A stretch of DNA of 20,409 nucleotides from NCBI GenBank assembly GCA_964014485.1, contig CAXHAT010000148.1:1-20409 (forward strand), read 5' to 3'. A program made the position numbers and the translations under genes. The number at the start of each line of letters is the position of its first letter. Positions within the stretch are counted from its first letter, which is position 1. A model generated the notes under the pieces. It did no database searches, was not told the origin of the DNA, and worked only from the letters and a program-made list of their open reading frames with translations. The stretch comes from an uncultured Deferribacteres bacterium. GTDB taxonomy: Bacteria; Zhuqueibacterota; Zhuqueibacteria; Zhuqueibacterales; Geothermadaptataceae. Below are positions 1 through 8,734 of this stretch, in pieces.

Positions 1-46
1 TACACCAAGAAGCTCGTCGGCAGCGTCAGATGTGTATAAGAGACAG
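1..46 (+). other. Illumina Nextera i5/Read1 adapter remnant (library artefact)
   Basis: TACAC (end of P5) + 8-nt index CAAGAAGC (6-13) + TCGTCGGCAGCGTC (14-27) + Tn5 mosaic end AGATGTGTATAAGAGACAG (28-46); exact match to the known adapter layout. Confidence 0.99.
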
Positions 47-199
47 ATCTAGAGATTGGGAGCGAGAATTTTGGGCGTCTCGAAATTAGGTTGATGGTAA
101 TGCGCTTCTACAGGAACGGCTCCAATAATCGGTTGCTGTATTGTAGAACTGGCGCGTAAAATCAGTGAAGATTTTGAGGTATTCAGGCCGATTTTTGAA

Positions 200-1639
200 A
201 TGAAAAAAAGCAACGAGACACTAACGCTTTCTCCAGACGAAATGCGACAAGCCGGGTATCAGGCGGTCGATCTCGTCGTGGAGCATCTGGCCAATTTGGA
301 AAGCAAACCAGTTACGCGCCGGGCGACGCGTGAAGAAATGGAGACGCTTTTTCGCGAGCCATTGCCGGAAAACGGCAGTCCGACGGCGGAAGTTTTAGCG
401 AAGCTGGAAGAGGACTTCTGCACGAATATCATGCACCTGGATCACCCAAGATTTTTTGCTTTTGTATCAAGTCCCGGAAACTTCGTCGGCGCGCTGGCGG
501 ATTTTGTGGCTTCGGGTTTTAATGTTTTCGCAGGAACCTGGCTGGAGTCATCTGCTGCCGCTGAGATTGAAATGGTGACGATTGACTGGCTGAAAGAACT
601 CGCAGGCTTTCCTGCCGAAGCGAGCGGGCTTTTCGTCAGCGGCGGTTCGATGGCGAATCTTACGGCTCTGGCCGTCGCACGAGAAGCGAGATTGAAAAAC
701 GATTTTTCAAACGCCGTCGTTTATTGCTCAGAGCAGACGCATTCTTCTATTGATCGCGGCGTGAAGGTGCTGGGCTTTGCGCCAAACCAGCTTAAAAAAC
801 TGCCTGTTGACGAACATTTTCGGTTGCGGTCAGGAGCCTTGAAAACCGCCGTGAAAAAAGATCGTGAGCAAGGCAAAAAACCGTTTTGCGTAATCGCAAA
901 TATTGGGACGACGAACACCGGCGCCGTCGATCCGTTGTCGGAAATTGCCGAAATCTGCCGAGCGGAAAATTTGTGGCTGCACGGCGACGGCGCTTACGGC
1001 GCAGCCGCTTTGTTATCGCCAAAATTTGAGCGTCTTTTCGAAGGCGTTTCGGAGCTGGATTCGCTGACGCTTGATCCGCATAAGTGGCTTTTCCAACCTT
1101 ACAGCGCCGGGTGTGTCTTGGTGCGCGAAGGCGATTTGCTCCGCAAGACTTTTGACGTCTCGCCCGAGTATTTGAAGGATGCGGGCGGTCGAGATGATGA
1201 AGTCAATTTCTTTGAACGCGGCGTTGAGTTGACGCGCGGCTTTCGAGCACTGAAATTATGGGCTTCGTTCAAAGTTTTTGGCGCGCAGGCGTTTCGGGAA
1301 GCGATTGAACACGGCGTCGATTTGGCGGAATATGCTGAGAAATTCTTACGGTCACTGCCGTCGTGGCAGGTCTGCTCCTCGGCGCAACTGGGCGTGATTA
1401 CGTTTCGTTTTAAACCGGCGGAATTGAATGAAAATGAAGCGAACGCCGTGAACGCTTCGCTTATCCCAAAAATCATCGACGACGGCTTCGCGATGTTGAG
1501 CACGACAATTTTGAATGGAAAAATTTTGCTCAGGATGTGTATCATTAACCCTCGAACGACGGAGCGCGATATTGCGGATACGATTTTACGATTGGAGAGA
1601 ATGGCGAAGTCTGAAAAAGATGAATTTTTGAAGAGTTAG
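200..1639 (+). CDS. Group II pyridoxal-phosphate-dependent decarboxylase (aromatic-L-amino-acid/diaminobutyrate decarboxylase family)
   Basis: 479 aa with HPRFFAF, GLFVSGGSMANLTAL, THSSIDR, GTTNTGAVDPL, WLHGDGAYG and DPHKWLFQP (PLP lysine). Substrate cannot be determined from sequence. Confidence 0.93.
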   Translation: MKKSNETLTLSPDEMRQAGYQAVDLVVEHLANLESKPVTRRATREEMETLFREPLPENGSPTAEVLAKLEEDFCTNIMHLDHPRFFAFVSSPGNFVGALADFVASGFNVFAGTWLESSAAAEIEMVTIDWLKELAGFPAEASGLFVSGGSMANLTALAVAREARLKNDFSNAVVYCSEQTHSSIDRGVKVLGFAPNQLKKLPVDEHFRLRSGALKTAVKKDREQGKKPFCVIANIGTTNTGAVDPLSEIAEICRAENLWLHGDGAYGAAALLSPKFERLFEGVSELDSLTLDPHKWLFQPYSAGCVLVREGDLLRKTFDVSPEYLKDAGGRDDEVNFFERGVELTRGFRALKLWASFKVFGAQAFREAIEHGVDLAEYAEKFLRSLPSWQVCSSAQLGVITFRFKPAELNENEANAVNASLIPKIIDDGFAMLSTTILNGKILLRMCIINPRTTERDIADTILRLERMAKSEKDEFLKS

Positions 1640-1842
1640 ACTCTTAAAAGTGAACGCACTACTTGACGCCTGATCTTTTACCACTGAAAAACACGGGAAT
1701 TCTCGCTCGTCACTTGGCTGAAGCCAGGTGCTGGAGTTTGGCTGTTTCAAGACAGTTTTGAAATGCAAACGTAGTTTATCGTTAATGCGTTAACATTATA
1801 TAAATCAATATGTTCACCAAGACGCTCGAAACGCGGAATATC

Positions 1843-1895
1843 AAAACGACCGGCTTCGTTGTTCCGCCGCTGACTGGCGCGAAGCCGGTGGTTTT
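1843..1895. repeat. REP-like hairpin / possible terminator
   Basis: AAAACGACCGGCTTCG (1843-1858) pairs with CGAAGCCGGTGGTTTT (1880-1895), 15/16. Confidence 0.7.
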
Positions 1896-2108
1896 GCCCT
1901 GAAAGGGCTGCATTCCACAGCTAGGGACAGCGCCCCTGGACGACGAACATAAAAAATCTCCAAGCCCTGTAACGGCGATACAAAAGATCGACGACTCTAT
2001 CTGAACTCAGACGCCGCCTTTGTACCGCCCTTAAAGGGCTTGGAAAATGATGTGGTTTCCCAGCCCCAGGGCGCTGCCCTGGGTTATGTTATTCAGCCCT
2101 TTCAGGGC
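1896..2108. repeat. REPIN/MITE-like long imperfect inverted repeat (GCCCTGAAAGGGC family)
   Basis: GCCCTGAAAGGGCTG (1896-1910) and CAGCCCTTTCAGGGC (2094-2108) are a perfect IR. Inner arms 1960-1984 and 2019-2043 match 22/25. The middle AGGGACAGCGCCCCTGG and CCAGGGCGCTGCCCT segments also pair. Confidence 0.85.
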
Positions 2109-2215
2109 GAAGAGAGAAATCCAAAGAGCCAAACACAAGCACCTGGCTTCAGCTCAATGTCACTAACTTTTCGTGTTTTTGAACTCAAAAATTCTGGGCG
2201 ACGACTACAGCAAAG

Positions 2216-2307
2216 ACAAGCTAAAGCTTGAACTACAAACGACAGTGCTTTTCTTACGCTCAGAACAGGAGAACGCACGGTGGTTTGTAGTTCAAACTTC
2301 AGTTTGT
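2216..2307. repeat. GTAG-family REP doublet (REPIN)
   Basis: GTAGTTCAAACTTCAGTTTG on + (2287-2306) and GTAGTTCAAGCTTTAGCTTG on - (2217-2236): each is GTAG followed by a short hairpin. Arms 2216-2240 and 2283-2307 match 22/25. Confidence 0.8.
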
Positions 2308-2515
2308 TTGAGCGTGATCAAAGCAAAAGTTAGTGACATTGGGCTTCAGCTAGGTGTCAATGATACGACGTTTGTAATTGACTATAAAAAAATGTGCTGG
2401 CGCGTAACATCAGCGAAAAAGTCTTCTGAAATCCGTGTCTCTCCGTGTAAATTTGTGGTCAAAATCCCGTTATTGAAAAAGTGCCAGACAGAAAGAAAAT
2501 TGAAAGGGACGGACA

Positions 2516-3154
2516 ATGAGCAAGAACACAAACTATGAAAAACATCAATGGCTAAAATGGGCGCAAAAGCTGCAATTTGCTGCGCAAAACGGGCTGACCT
2601 TTACGGATGATTACTATGACCGCCTTCGGTACAATGAAGTGCTCGAAGTCGCCGCGGAGATTTTAGCAAGTTACAGCGAAGCGGAATTTGAAACGATCAA
2701 GCAGTTCTTCAATCGGGAAAAGGGCTATCTCACGCCAAAAGTGGACGTTCGCGGCGCGGTTTTCAAAAATGATCGCATATTGCTCGTCCGCGAAGTCAGC
2801 GACGGACTGTGGACGCTGCCCGGCGGCTGGGCGGATATTCATGATTCTCCGGCAAAGAATGTTGAGCGGGAAATTTGGGAAGAATCGGGGTTTGAAACAA
2901 AAGCGACCAAACTGACGATGGTTTACGACCGCGATTTGCACGGGCATCCGCATGTGCCGTATTATGTTTACAAGCTGTTTTTTCTTTGCGAAATAACAGG
3001 CGGCGCGCCGAAAATAAGCGTGGAGACCAGTGCCGTTGAGTTTTTCGAGATGGATGCGCTGCCGGAGCTTTCGGAAAGTCGGAATACGGAAGCACAGATA
3101 CGGCGGGTGTTCGAACATTACAAAAATCCCGCTTTACCGACAGATTTTGATTGA
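2516..3154 (+). CDS. Nudix hydrolase with N-terminal Nudix_N domain (YjhB-like ADP-ribose pyrophosphatase family)
   Basis: 212 aa. N-terminal AQNGLTFTDDYYDRLRY, then GYLTPKVDVRG and the Nudix box PGGWADIHDSPAKNVEREIWEESG. Confidence 0.92.
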   Translation: MSKNTNYEKHQWLKWAQKLQFAAQNGLTFTDDYYDRLRYNEVLEVAAEILASYSEAEFETIKQFFNREKGYLTPKVDVRGAVFKNDRILLVREVSDGLWTLPGGWADIHDSPAKNVEREIWEESGFETKATKLTMVYDRDLHGHPHVPYYVYKLFFLCEITGGAPKISVETSAVEFFEMDALPELSESRNTEAQIRRVFEHYKNPALPTDFD

Positions 3155-3270
3155 CGGTATTTTAATTGACAAGATAAGTTCGTTTCAGTTTTCGTGCGAC
3201 GCGTTTTGATTTTTGCACTAAAACGGCGGATCATTTGTCGAATTCATAGTAACAACGAATATTTCAGCAG

Positions 3271-4731
3271 ATGAAATCTCAAAATAAACAGATACCGTCG
3301 GATTATTGGCTTATCCACAGCGCATTTATGCATTCGACGGACCCGATTTTAATTACTGATCTTAAGGGCGTAATTACTGACGCCAACCCGGCGTTTGTCG
3401 ATTTGTTCGGGTATTCGCATGATGAAATCATTGGCAACCGGACTGCAATTCTGCGCTCAAGCAGAACGAATGACGAGCTGTATCAGGAGATGTGGCGCAA
3501 AATTCGTGAGGAGGGCAGTTGGCAAGGCGAAATTTATAATCGCAAAAAGAACGGCGAGGAAATTCCGATATTGCTTTCCATTACGCCGGTTCGGCAAGAC
3601 GACGCCGTCATCGGCTACATGGCGATTGAAATAGACATCACCGAAAAGAAGCGTATCGAAAAGGAAATTTTGCGAGAAAAAGCTTTCTCGGAATCTTTGA
3701 TTGAAACGGCGAATAACATGATCGTTTCAATAAATCTAAGCGGCGAGATACTCGTGTTTAACCGCAGATGCGCTGAGTTAACCGGCTATAAAAAAGAAGA
3801 AGCGGTTGGTAGAAGCTGGTTTGACGTGTGTCAGTTCAATGACAAAGACGGCCACCCGATGTTTAGCCTGGACGGATTGCGGAAAAAGCGATTCCCTTCG
3901 CATTTCGAGAGTGTGATCAAAACGGCTTTGGATCATCATATCCACATCGTTTGGTCAAACGCCGAAATTCGAGACCCGGCCGGAGGCATCATTGGCGTGC
4001 TGGCGATTGGGCAAGATGTCACAAGACAGAAACGCCTCGAACTAGAAATTTTGCGTTCCGAGAAGCTGGCGACTATTGGCAATATGGCGGCGAAGGTCGC
4101 ACACGAAATTCGGAATCCGTTGTCATCAATCAGTCTCAACGCTGAACTTTTAGGGGACGAGATATTTGCGAGCGAAGAGATTAACAAGGCGGAGGCAAGG
4201 TCATTACTTAACGCAATCATCGATGAAGTGGAGCGCCTTGCCCAACTCACCGACGAATATTTGCATTTTTCCCGCTTGCCAAGTATTGAGAAAAGTAAAG
4301 GCGATTTGTCTGAGTTGCTCAAAGAGGTGCTGCACGCTATGGAGCCGGAAGCTAACGCCGTCGGGGTTCAATTTACCAGCAATATCGACAAGGAGCTTGG
4401 ACAAGTCCGGTTTGACCCCAATCAAATTCGCCGCGTTTTTGTTAATCTGATTAAAAATGCAATTGAAGCGATGCCCAACGGCGGGCATTTTCGCGTTTCG
4501 GCGCAAAATAGAAACAACAGTGTAAGCATCTCGTTTTCGGATAGCGGCAAGGGCATAATGAACGAGAATTATGAGCGTATATTTGAACCGTTTTTTACAC
4601 GAAAGCAAATGGGAACCGGGCTTGGACTCGCGATCTCTCGACAGATTGTAGAAGAGCACGACGGCGAGCTTTACTGTGAGCCGGGAGAAATGAGGGGAGC
4701 CACTTTTCGCCTGTTAATTCCCAAGGCTTAG
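3271..4731 (+). CDS. Cytoplasmic PAS-PAS sensor histidine kinase (NtrB/AtoS-like)
   Basis: 486 aa, no obvious TM segment, two PAS/PAC domains. H-box AHEIRNPL, N-box NLIKNAIEA, G1 DSGKG, F-box FEPFFT, G2 GTGLGL. Confidence 0.95.
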   Translation: MKSQNKQIPSDYWLIHSAFMHSTDPILITDLKGVITDANPAFVDLFGYSHDEIIGNRTAILRSSRTNDELYQEMWRKIREEGSWQGEIYNRKKNGEEIPILLSITPVRQDDAVIGYMAIEIDITEKKRIEKEILREKAFSESLIETANNMIVSINLSGEILVFNRRCAELTGYKKEEAVGRSWFDVCQFNDKDGHPMFSLDGLRKKRFPSHFESVIKTALDHHIHIVWSNAEIRDPAGGIIGVLAIGQDVTRQKRLELEILRSEKLATIGNMAAKVAHEIRNPLSSISLNAELLGDEIFASEEINKAEARSLLNAIIDEVERLAQLTDEYLHFSRLPSIEKSKGDLSELLKEVLHAMEPEANAVGVQFTSNIDKELGQVRFDPNQIRRVFVNLIKNAIEAMPNGGHFRVSAQNRNNSVSISFSDSGKGIMNENYERIFEPFFTRKQMGTGLGLAISRQIVEEHDGELYCEPGEMRGATFRLLIPKA

Positions 4732-4761
4732 AATATTCCACCAACAAAAGATGATAAGACA

Positions 4762-6120
4762 ATGAAAGAACCTCTTATTTTGATCGTGGATGATGAGAGA
4801 ACCGTGCGGCAGTCTCTAAAGAAGGTGCTTGAAAAGGAAGGTTATGAAGTTTTGGAAGCCGCCGAAGTGAGCGAAGCGTTCTCGGTTTTGAAACGAGAGC
4901 CGGTTGACCTGATTATCACCGATTTTCAAATGCCCGGGCTCACCGGGATGGAATTGCTCAAAAAAGTGAAGCAGGAATGGAGCGGGCTGGACGTCATTTT
5001 GATTACCGGGCACGGCACGATTGAGCGAGCCGTTGATGCAATGCGGCAAGGAGCGTATGATTTTATTACCAAGCCGTTCAAGCGCGCTGATATTCTCCGC
5101 CTTGTCAGCAAGGCAATCGAGAAGAAGCGCTTGGTGGAAGAAAATCTGACGTTACGGCAACAGCTCAGTCATTCCGAAAAAGACCGAACTCGCTTTATTG
5201 GGGAAAATTTCAAGATCAAGTCGATGCTGAGATTTGTCGACCGCGTCGCTGAGGCGAATTCCACGGTTTTGATTTCCGGCGAAAGCGGGACGGGCAAAGA
5301 AGTGATTGCGCGACTGATTCATGCCAAAAGCGCTCGCGCCAAGCATCAATTCGTCGCGGTGAATTGCGGCGCGATTGCTGAAAATTTGGTGGAAAGCGAG
5401 CTGTTCGGCCACAAGAAAGGCTCTTTCACTGGCGCCATTCGCGACAAAGACGGGCTGTTCAAAATTGCATCTTCAGGAACGCTTTTTCTTGATGAAATCA
5501 GCACCATTCCCATGAACACGCAGATTAAATTGCTGCGCGTGCTGCAGGAAAACGAGATACTTCCCGTAGGCGATACGAAAGCCTTGAAGGTCGATACGCG
5601 AATTATCGCAGCGAGCAATCGTGATTTGCTCAAATTCATTGAAGACGGGGAATTTCGAGAAGACCTTTATTATCGCCTCAACGTCGTCGAAATCGAAATT
5701 CCGCCGCTCCGCGACCGCCGTGACGATATTCCGCACCTGGCTGCATACTTCGTCCGAAAATTCAACGCTGAAATGAGTAAAACTGTAACAGGGTTAAGCG
5801 AAGAAGTGCTGGAAAGTTTTTACGGCTATGATTGGAAAGGCAACGTTCGTGAATTGGAGAACGTTCTGGAACGCGCCATGATTCTGTGTGATTCGGGAGA
5901 GATCATGCTTCACCATCTTCCAGCGGTTTTTCGCAGAATAAGCGCCGGCGCTGCGCTGCAAACCAGCTTGAAAGAGAGCGTGGCCCAATTCGAAGTCGAG
6001 CAGATTCGACAAGCCATCGAAGCCTCTGAAGGCGACAAAAAACAAGCGGCGCACTTGCTCGGCCTGAGTTTGTCATCGCTTTATCGTAAACTGACAGAGC
6101 TTGGGATTGACGAAAAATAA
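4762..6120 (+). CDS. Sigma-54-dependent response regulator / bacterial enhancer-binding protein (NtrC/AtoC/ZraR family)
   Basis: 452 aa. Receiver domain (VDDE, ITDFQMP, KPF), Walker A GESGTGKE, ESELFGHKKGSFTGA (GAFTGA-loop variant), Walker B LFLDE, WKGNVRELEN, C-terminal Fis-type HTH. Confidence 0.97.
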   Translation: MKEPLILIVDDERTVRQSLKKVLEKEGYEVLEAAEVSEAFSVLKREPVDLIITDFQMPGLTGMELLKKVKQEWSGLDVILITGHGTIERAVDAMRQGAYDFITKPFKRADILRLVSKAIEKKRLVEENLTLRQQLSHSEKDRTRFIGENFKIKSMLRFVDRVAEANSTVLISGESGTGKEVIARLIHAKSARAKHQFVAVNCGAIAENLVESELFGHKKGSFTGAIRDKDGLFKIASSGTLFLDEISTIPMNTQIKLLRVLQENEILPVGDTKALKVDTRIIAASNRDLLKFIEDGEFREDLYYRLNVVEIEIPPLRDRRDDIPHLAAYFVRKFNAEMSKTVTGLSEEVLESFYGYDWKGNVRELENVLERAMILCDSGEIMLHHLPAVFRRISAGAALQTSLKESVAQFEVEQIRQAIEASEGDKKQAAHLLGLSLSSLYRKLTELGIDEK

Positions 6121-6176
6121 AAGAGCGGTTCGTGGACGGATGCTTTTGAACGCCGCACAATCCTGCTAAAAATTAC

Positions 6177-6209
6177 AAAAGCCCCGCCAACCTTGCGGCG
6201 GCGGGGCTT
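6177..6209 (-). terminator. Intrinsic terminator between convergent genes (U-tract on the minus strand, possibly bidirectional)
   Basis: Stem AAGCCCCGCC (6179-6188) / GGCGGGGCTT (6200-6209) with an adjacent A-run (T-run on -). Confidence 0.75.
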
Positions 6210-6275
6210 GCCTCATCTGATCCTTCTGAGATGAGAATGAGTGATATGAGCGTCACTCTTGGGGGGAGCGGGAGC

Positions 6276-7577
6276 TTAGAATGCTATCACGGCTTCTGCC
6301 ATTACGCCATCGAACTTGCCGTCCATGTAGATGCTTTCCGCCGCGAAATCGTTATAGTTTTGCACCATGTATTCAACCTTCACGCCGACGTTGTTGGTTA
6401 AGAACCAGCCGAAAGCGAACTGCATTCTGTCAATGCTGACTTCATTGGGGTCTGCACTCGCAAGCTTGCCTTGTGCTACGTTGTATCTTGCGCCAACGTA
6501 GACTTTCTCGCTCGCGCCAAATCTGTAAAGAAGCTCGCCTGCAAATTGTTCCCAAGTGCGCTCGGTTTCGGAGCCTTTGAAATCGCCGCCGGTTGCATTT
6601 TCATAAGTCCCGAAGAATTCGAAGCCATAGGCTTTGACGAACGGGTTGACCATGAATGCAGTCAGCTTGTCCGCGAAACCTGGTCTCCAGCGACCGGAGC
6701 GGAAGTTGTCAGACGTTTCAGTCACGCCGCGCATGACGCTGTAATATCTTGAACCTGTTCTGTCAGCGCCGTAGAGGTAAAGTCTCTTCGCATCGCCGAT
6801 GCTGTAGATGGAGCCTGTCAAGCGGACGCGAAGGTTTTCTTCCAACTCGCGGTCAAAGCCAAGCTTGCCCAGGAAAACAACCCCGGTTTCGCCGGGCGAA
6901 CGCACGTCCTGATTCAATTTACCGTTTGAAAGCCCAACCATGCCGAGAAAACCGTTCGACTTGAAGTAAACTTCTCCGCCGACTTCAGTTGTGAACCCGT
7001 CCATGATGTAGTTGCCGACAAATGGGTTGTGCATCGTCATGGCGTTGTCTGACCTGCGGAAGTGCGCGTCGCCATAGTTGTTTTCCATGTGGCCGACCTT
7101 AAAAGTGACCTTGTCCATCACTTTGTCCAGAAAACCTTCCCGGATGAAGTCCAGCCGATCGACTTGAAGATAGCCGCCCTTAACGTAAGGCTCTGGGTGG
7201 TGGCGTGAGGACATGTAGGTTCTCAAGTGCATGCGCAAGCCGCGCTCAAGCTGCACGTCAATATCCAGATTCGCAGTAGCAAGGTTGAAATTATTTTCCA
7301 ATTTGATGAGTTCATTGACATTGATGTCGTTGTCGTTCATGATAGGGAGCGCATTGTTGGTTTGGTTCAAACCCTGAAACTGTAGGGTGGAAGCGCCGCC
7401 AAACCGCACTTTAATTCCTGAAAATTCGCCTGGATCTCCCTTCAGCGTTTCAAACATGTTGACCCCAAGGTGGCCGTTTGATCGGTAATACTGCAATTTG
7501 GCTTCTTGCCCCAGCCCTTGAGTTGCGAACATACCTAAAACGACAAGAACAGACAGTGTTGGTAGTAATTTTTTCAT
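6276..7577 (-). CDS. Uncharacterised outer-membrane beta-barrel (porin-like) protein
   Basis: 433 aa. Sec signal peptide, many alternating amphipathic strands, C-terminal Phe (MAEAVIAF, BAM-type signal). GAGGG RBS upstream. Confidence 0.75.
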   Translation of the reverse strand: MKKLLPTLSVLVVLGMFATQGLGQEAKLQYYRSNGHLGVNMFETLKGDPGEFSGIKVRFGGASTLQFQGLNQTNNALPIMNDNDINVNELIKLENNFNLATANLDIDVQLERGLRMHLRTYMSSRHHPEPYVKGGYLQVDRLDFIREGFLDKVMDKVTFKVGHMENNYGDAHFRRSDNAMTMHNPFVGNYIMDGFTTEVGGEVYFKSNGFLGMVGLSNGKLNQDVRSPGETGVVFLGKLGFDRELEENLRVRLTGSIYSIGDAKRLYLYGADRTGSRYYSVMRGVTETSDNFRSGRWRPGFADKLTAFMVNPFVKAYGFEFFGTYENATGGDFKGSETERTWEQFAGELLYRFGASEKVYVGARYNVAQGKLASADPNEVSIDRMQFAFGWFLTNNVGVKVEYMVQNYNDFAAESIYMDGKFDGVMAEAVIAF

Positions 7578-7696
7578 AACATCCCTCGTATGGTAAAAGT
7601 AAGAAAAAACGACCCGCGTGAGTCATGCATCCTTAGTGTAAATTGTGACTTCCTGCCAAGAACTCTGTACTGAGATTTCTTTGGTTCCCGGCTTAG

Positions 7697-7711
7697 GCAA
7701 GCCGGGCGCCA
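7697..7711 (-). promoter_or_regulatory. Sigma-54 (-24/-12) promoter for the beta-barrel gene
   Basis: Minus strand reads TGGCG-CCCGGC-TTGC, with exact GG-N10-GC spacing, about 120 bp upstream of the ATG at 7577. Confidence 0.7.
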
Positions 7712-7846
7712 AACTTTATTTCTATGCTGCATTCTTTTCTTGTCGATGGCGATATGGGCATTGTTAATATTGCACTTAAGTCCTGGCAAGAAAGTCGAAG
7801 CAGATCAAATTTTGGACAAGTTATAAGGAAAATTGATTGAAAGTCA

Positions 7847-7892
7847 TTCCCGATATCGGCAAGGGGTCATTCAATTTTCCCATTTTCAAGAA
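7847..7892. promoter_or_regulatory. Candidate tandem enhancer (UAS) sites for a sigma-54 activator
   Basis: Near-palindrome TTCCCGATATCGGCAA (7847-7862) and related TTCCCATTTTCAAGAA (7877-7892), 30 bp apart, lying between two divergent -24/-12 elements. Confidence 0.45.
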
Positions 7893-7991
7893 AAAACGAA
7901 AGCTCGCCAATGGGCGTTTCTGAAAAGCCTTGCAGTTTCAATAACTGTTTTTATTTGATTTGAGTGATGTTCTGACCAACCAACAGGGCGC

Positions 7992-8006
7992 TGGCATAAC
8001 ACTTGT
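7992..8006 (+). promoter_or_regulatory. Probable sigma-54 (-24/-12) promoter for yceI-yceI-CBS
   Basis: TGGCA-TAACAC-TTGT has the correct spacing, but the -12 element is GT instead of GC. About 85 bp upstream of the ATG at 8090. Confidence 0.55.
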
Positions 8007-8089
8007 ACTAGATACACGCATCAAGCGGCGAGTTGGAAAGGCTCTCCAAATCACTGTCCCCCTTATTTTTATAATTAGAGGCTGCAAAC

Positions 8090-8731
8090 ATGAAAAGGCA
8101 GGTATTTTTTATCCTTGTTGCGAGCTTTGTTTTTTCCGCACTCGCCGCAGCACAGACAGATCGTTACCAGCGTTTTGAATTGGCGGAAAAAACGAAAGTT
8201 TGGTTTGACGGAACATCGACGCTGCATGATTATACTGTTCACGCCCCCAAGGCAAACGGTTTTGTCATGCTCGATCCGACTCTTCTGAAAACGCAACCTG
8301 CCGAACTATCCAAATTTGTCACAAACGGTGAATTGATTATTCCTGTGCTCGATTTGCAAAGCGGCAAGGGCAAGATGGATAGAAAAATGTATAAGGCGAT
8401 GGATGCGAAAACATTTCCATCGATCAATTTCAAACTTAACGAAGTGAAAAAGGCTGCTTCGCTGGATACTGGAGGCGTTTGGGCCGCATTCGATATCCGT
8501 GGAAACGTTAAGATCGCTGGAGTTGAAAAAGAGGTGACTCTGGTCATGAATACGACATTGCCGGAAGACGGGATTTTGCGCGCCGAAGGGCAGATCGAAT
8601 TATCGATGAAAGACTTTGGCGTTAAGCCGCCCTCAATGTTTCTCGGCACGGTGAAAACGGGAAAAAGGGTAACCGTCTTTTTTGATCTTTGGTTCAAGAA
8701 TGCAGGCGAAACGAGTGTAGCTGGGAAATAG
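8090..8731 (+). CDS. YceI-family periplasmic lipid/polyisoprenoid-binding protein
   Basis: 213 aa. Signal peptide, GTSTLHDY, LQSGKGKMDRKMYKAMDAKTFPSINF, GNVKIAGVEK, MKDFGVKPP..GTVKTG. Confidence 0.9.
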   Translation: MKRQVFFILVASFVFSALAAAQTDRYQRFELAEKTKVWFDGTSTLHDYTVHAPKANGFVMLDPTLLKTQPAELSKFVTNGELIIPVLDLQSGKGKMDRKMYKAMDAKTFPSINFKLNEVKKAASLDTGGVWAAFDIRGNVKIAGVEKEVTLVMNTTLPEDGILRAEGQIELSMKDFGVKPPSMFLGTVKTGKRVTVFFDLWFKNAGETSVAGK

Positions 8732-8734
8732 CCG

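Larger units (their letters stand above)
1711..2356. repeat. Three copies of a REP-like palindrome (CACYTGGCTKMAGCY-type) that form outer inverted pairs
   Basis: Copies at about 1711-1730, 2140-2159 and 2337-2356. 1717-1747 is the reverse complement of 2123-2153 (28/31). 2140-2171 is an imperfect reverse complement of 2325-2356. Confidence 0.75.

Noticed and set aside
1640..2515. Possible CRISPR array or RNA gene in the long intergenic region
   Set aside because: The repeats are inverted, heterogeneous and irregularly spaced. There is no direct repeat-spacer periodicity, no cas gene and no tRNA cloverleaf.
2173..2538. 121-aa ORF (also 2040-2231 and 1586-1768)
   Set aside because: These run through REP-like inverted repeats, have non-ATG starts and show no protein motifs; likely spurious.
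7760..7846. FNR-like (TTGATTGAAAGTCA) and Rex-like (TTGTTAATATTGCAC) sites in the divergent promoter region
   Set aside because: Spacing and half-sites deviate from TTGAT-N4-ATCAA and TTGTGAA-N4-TTCACAA.
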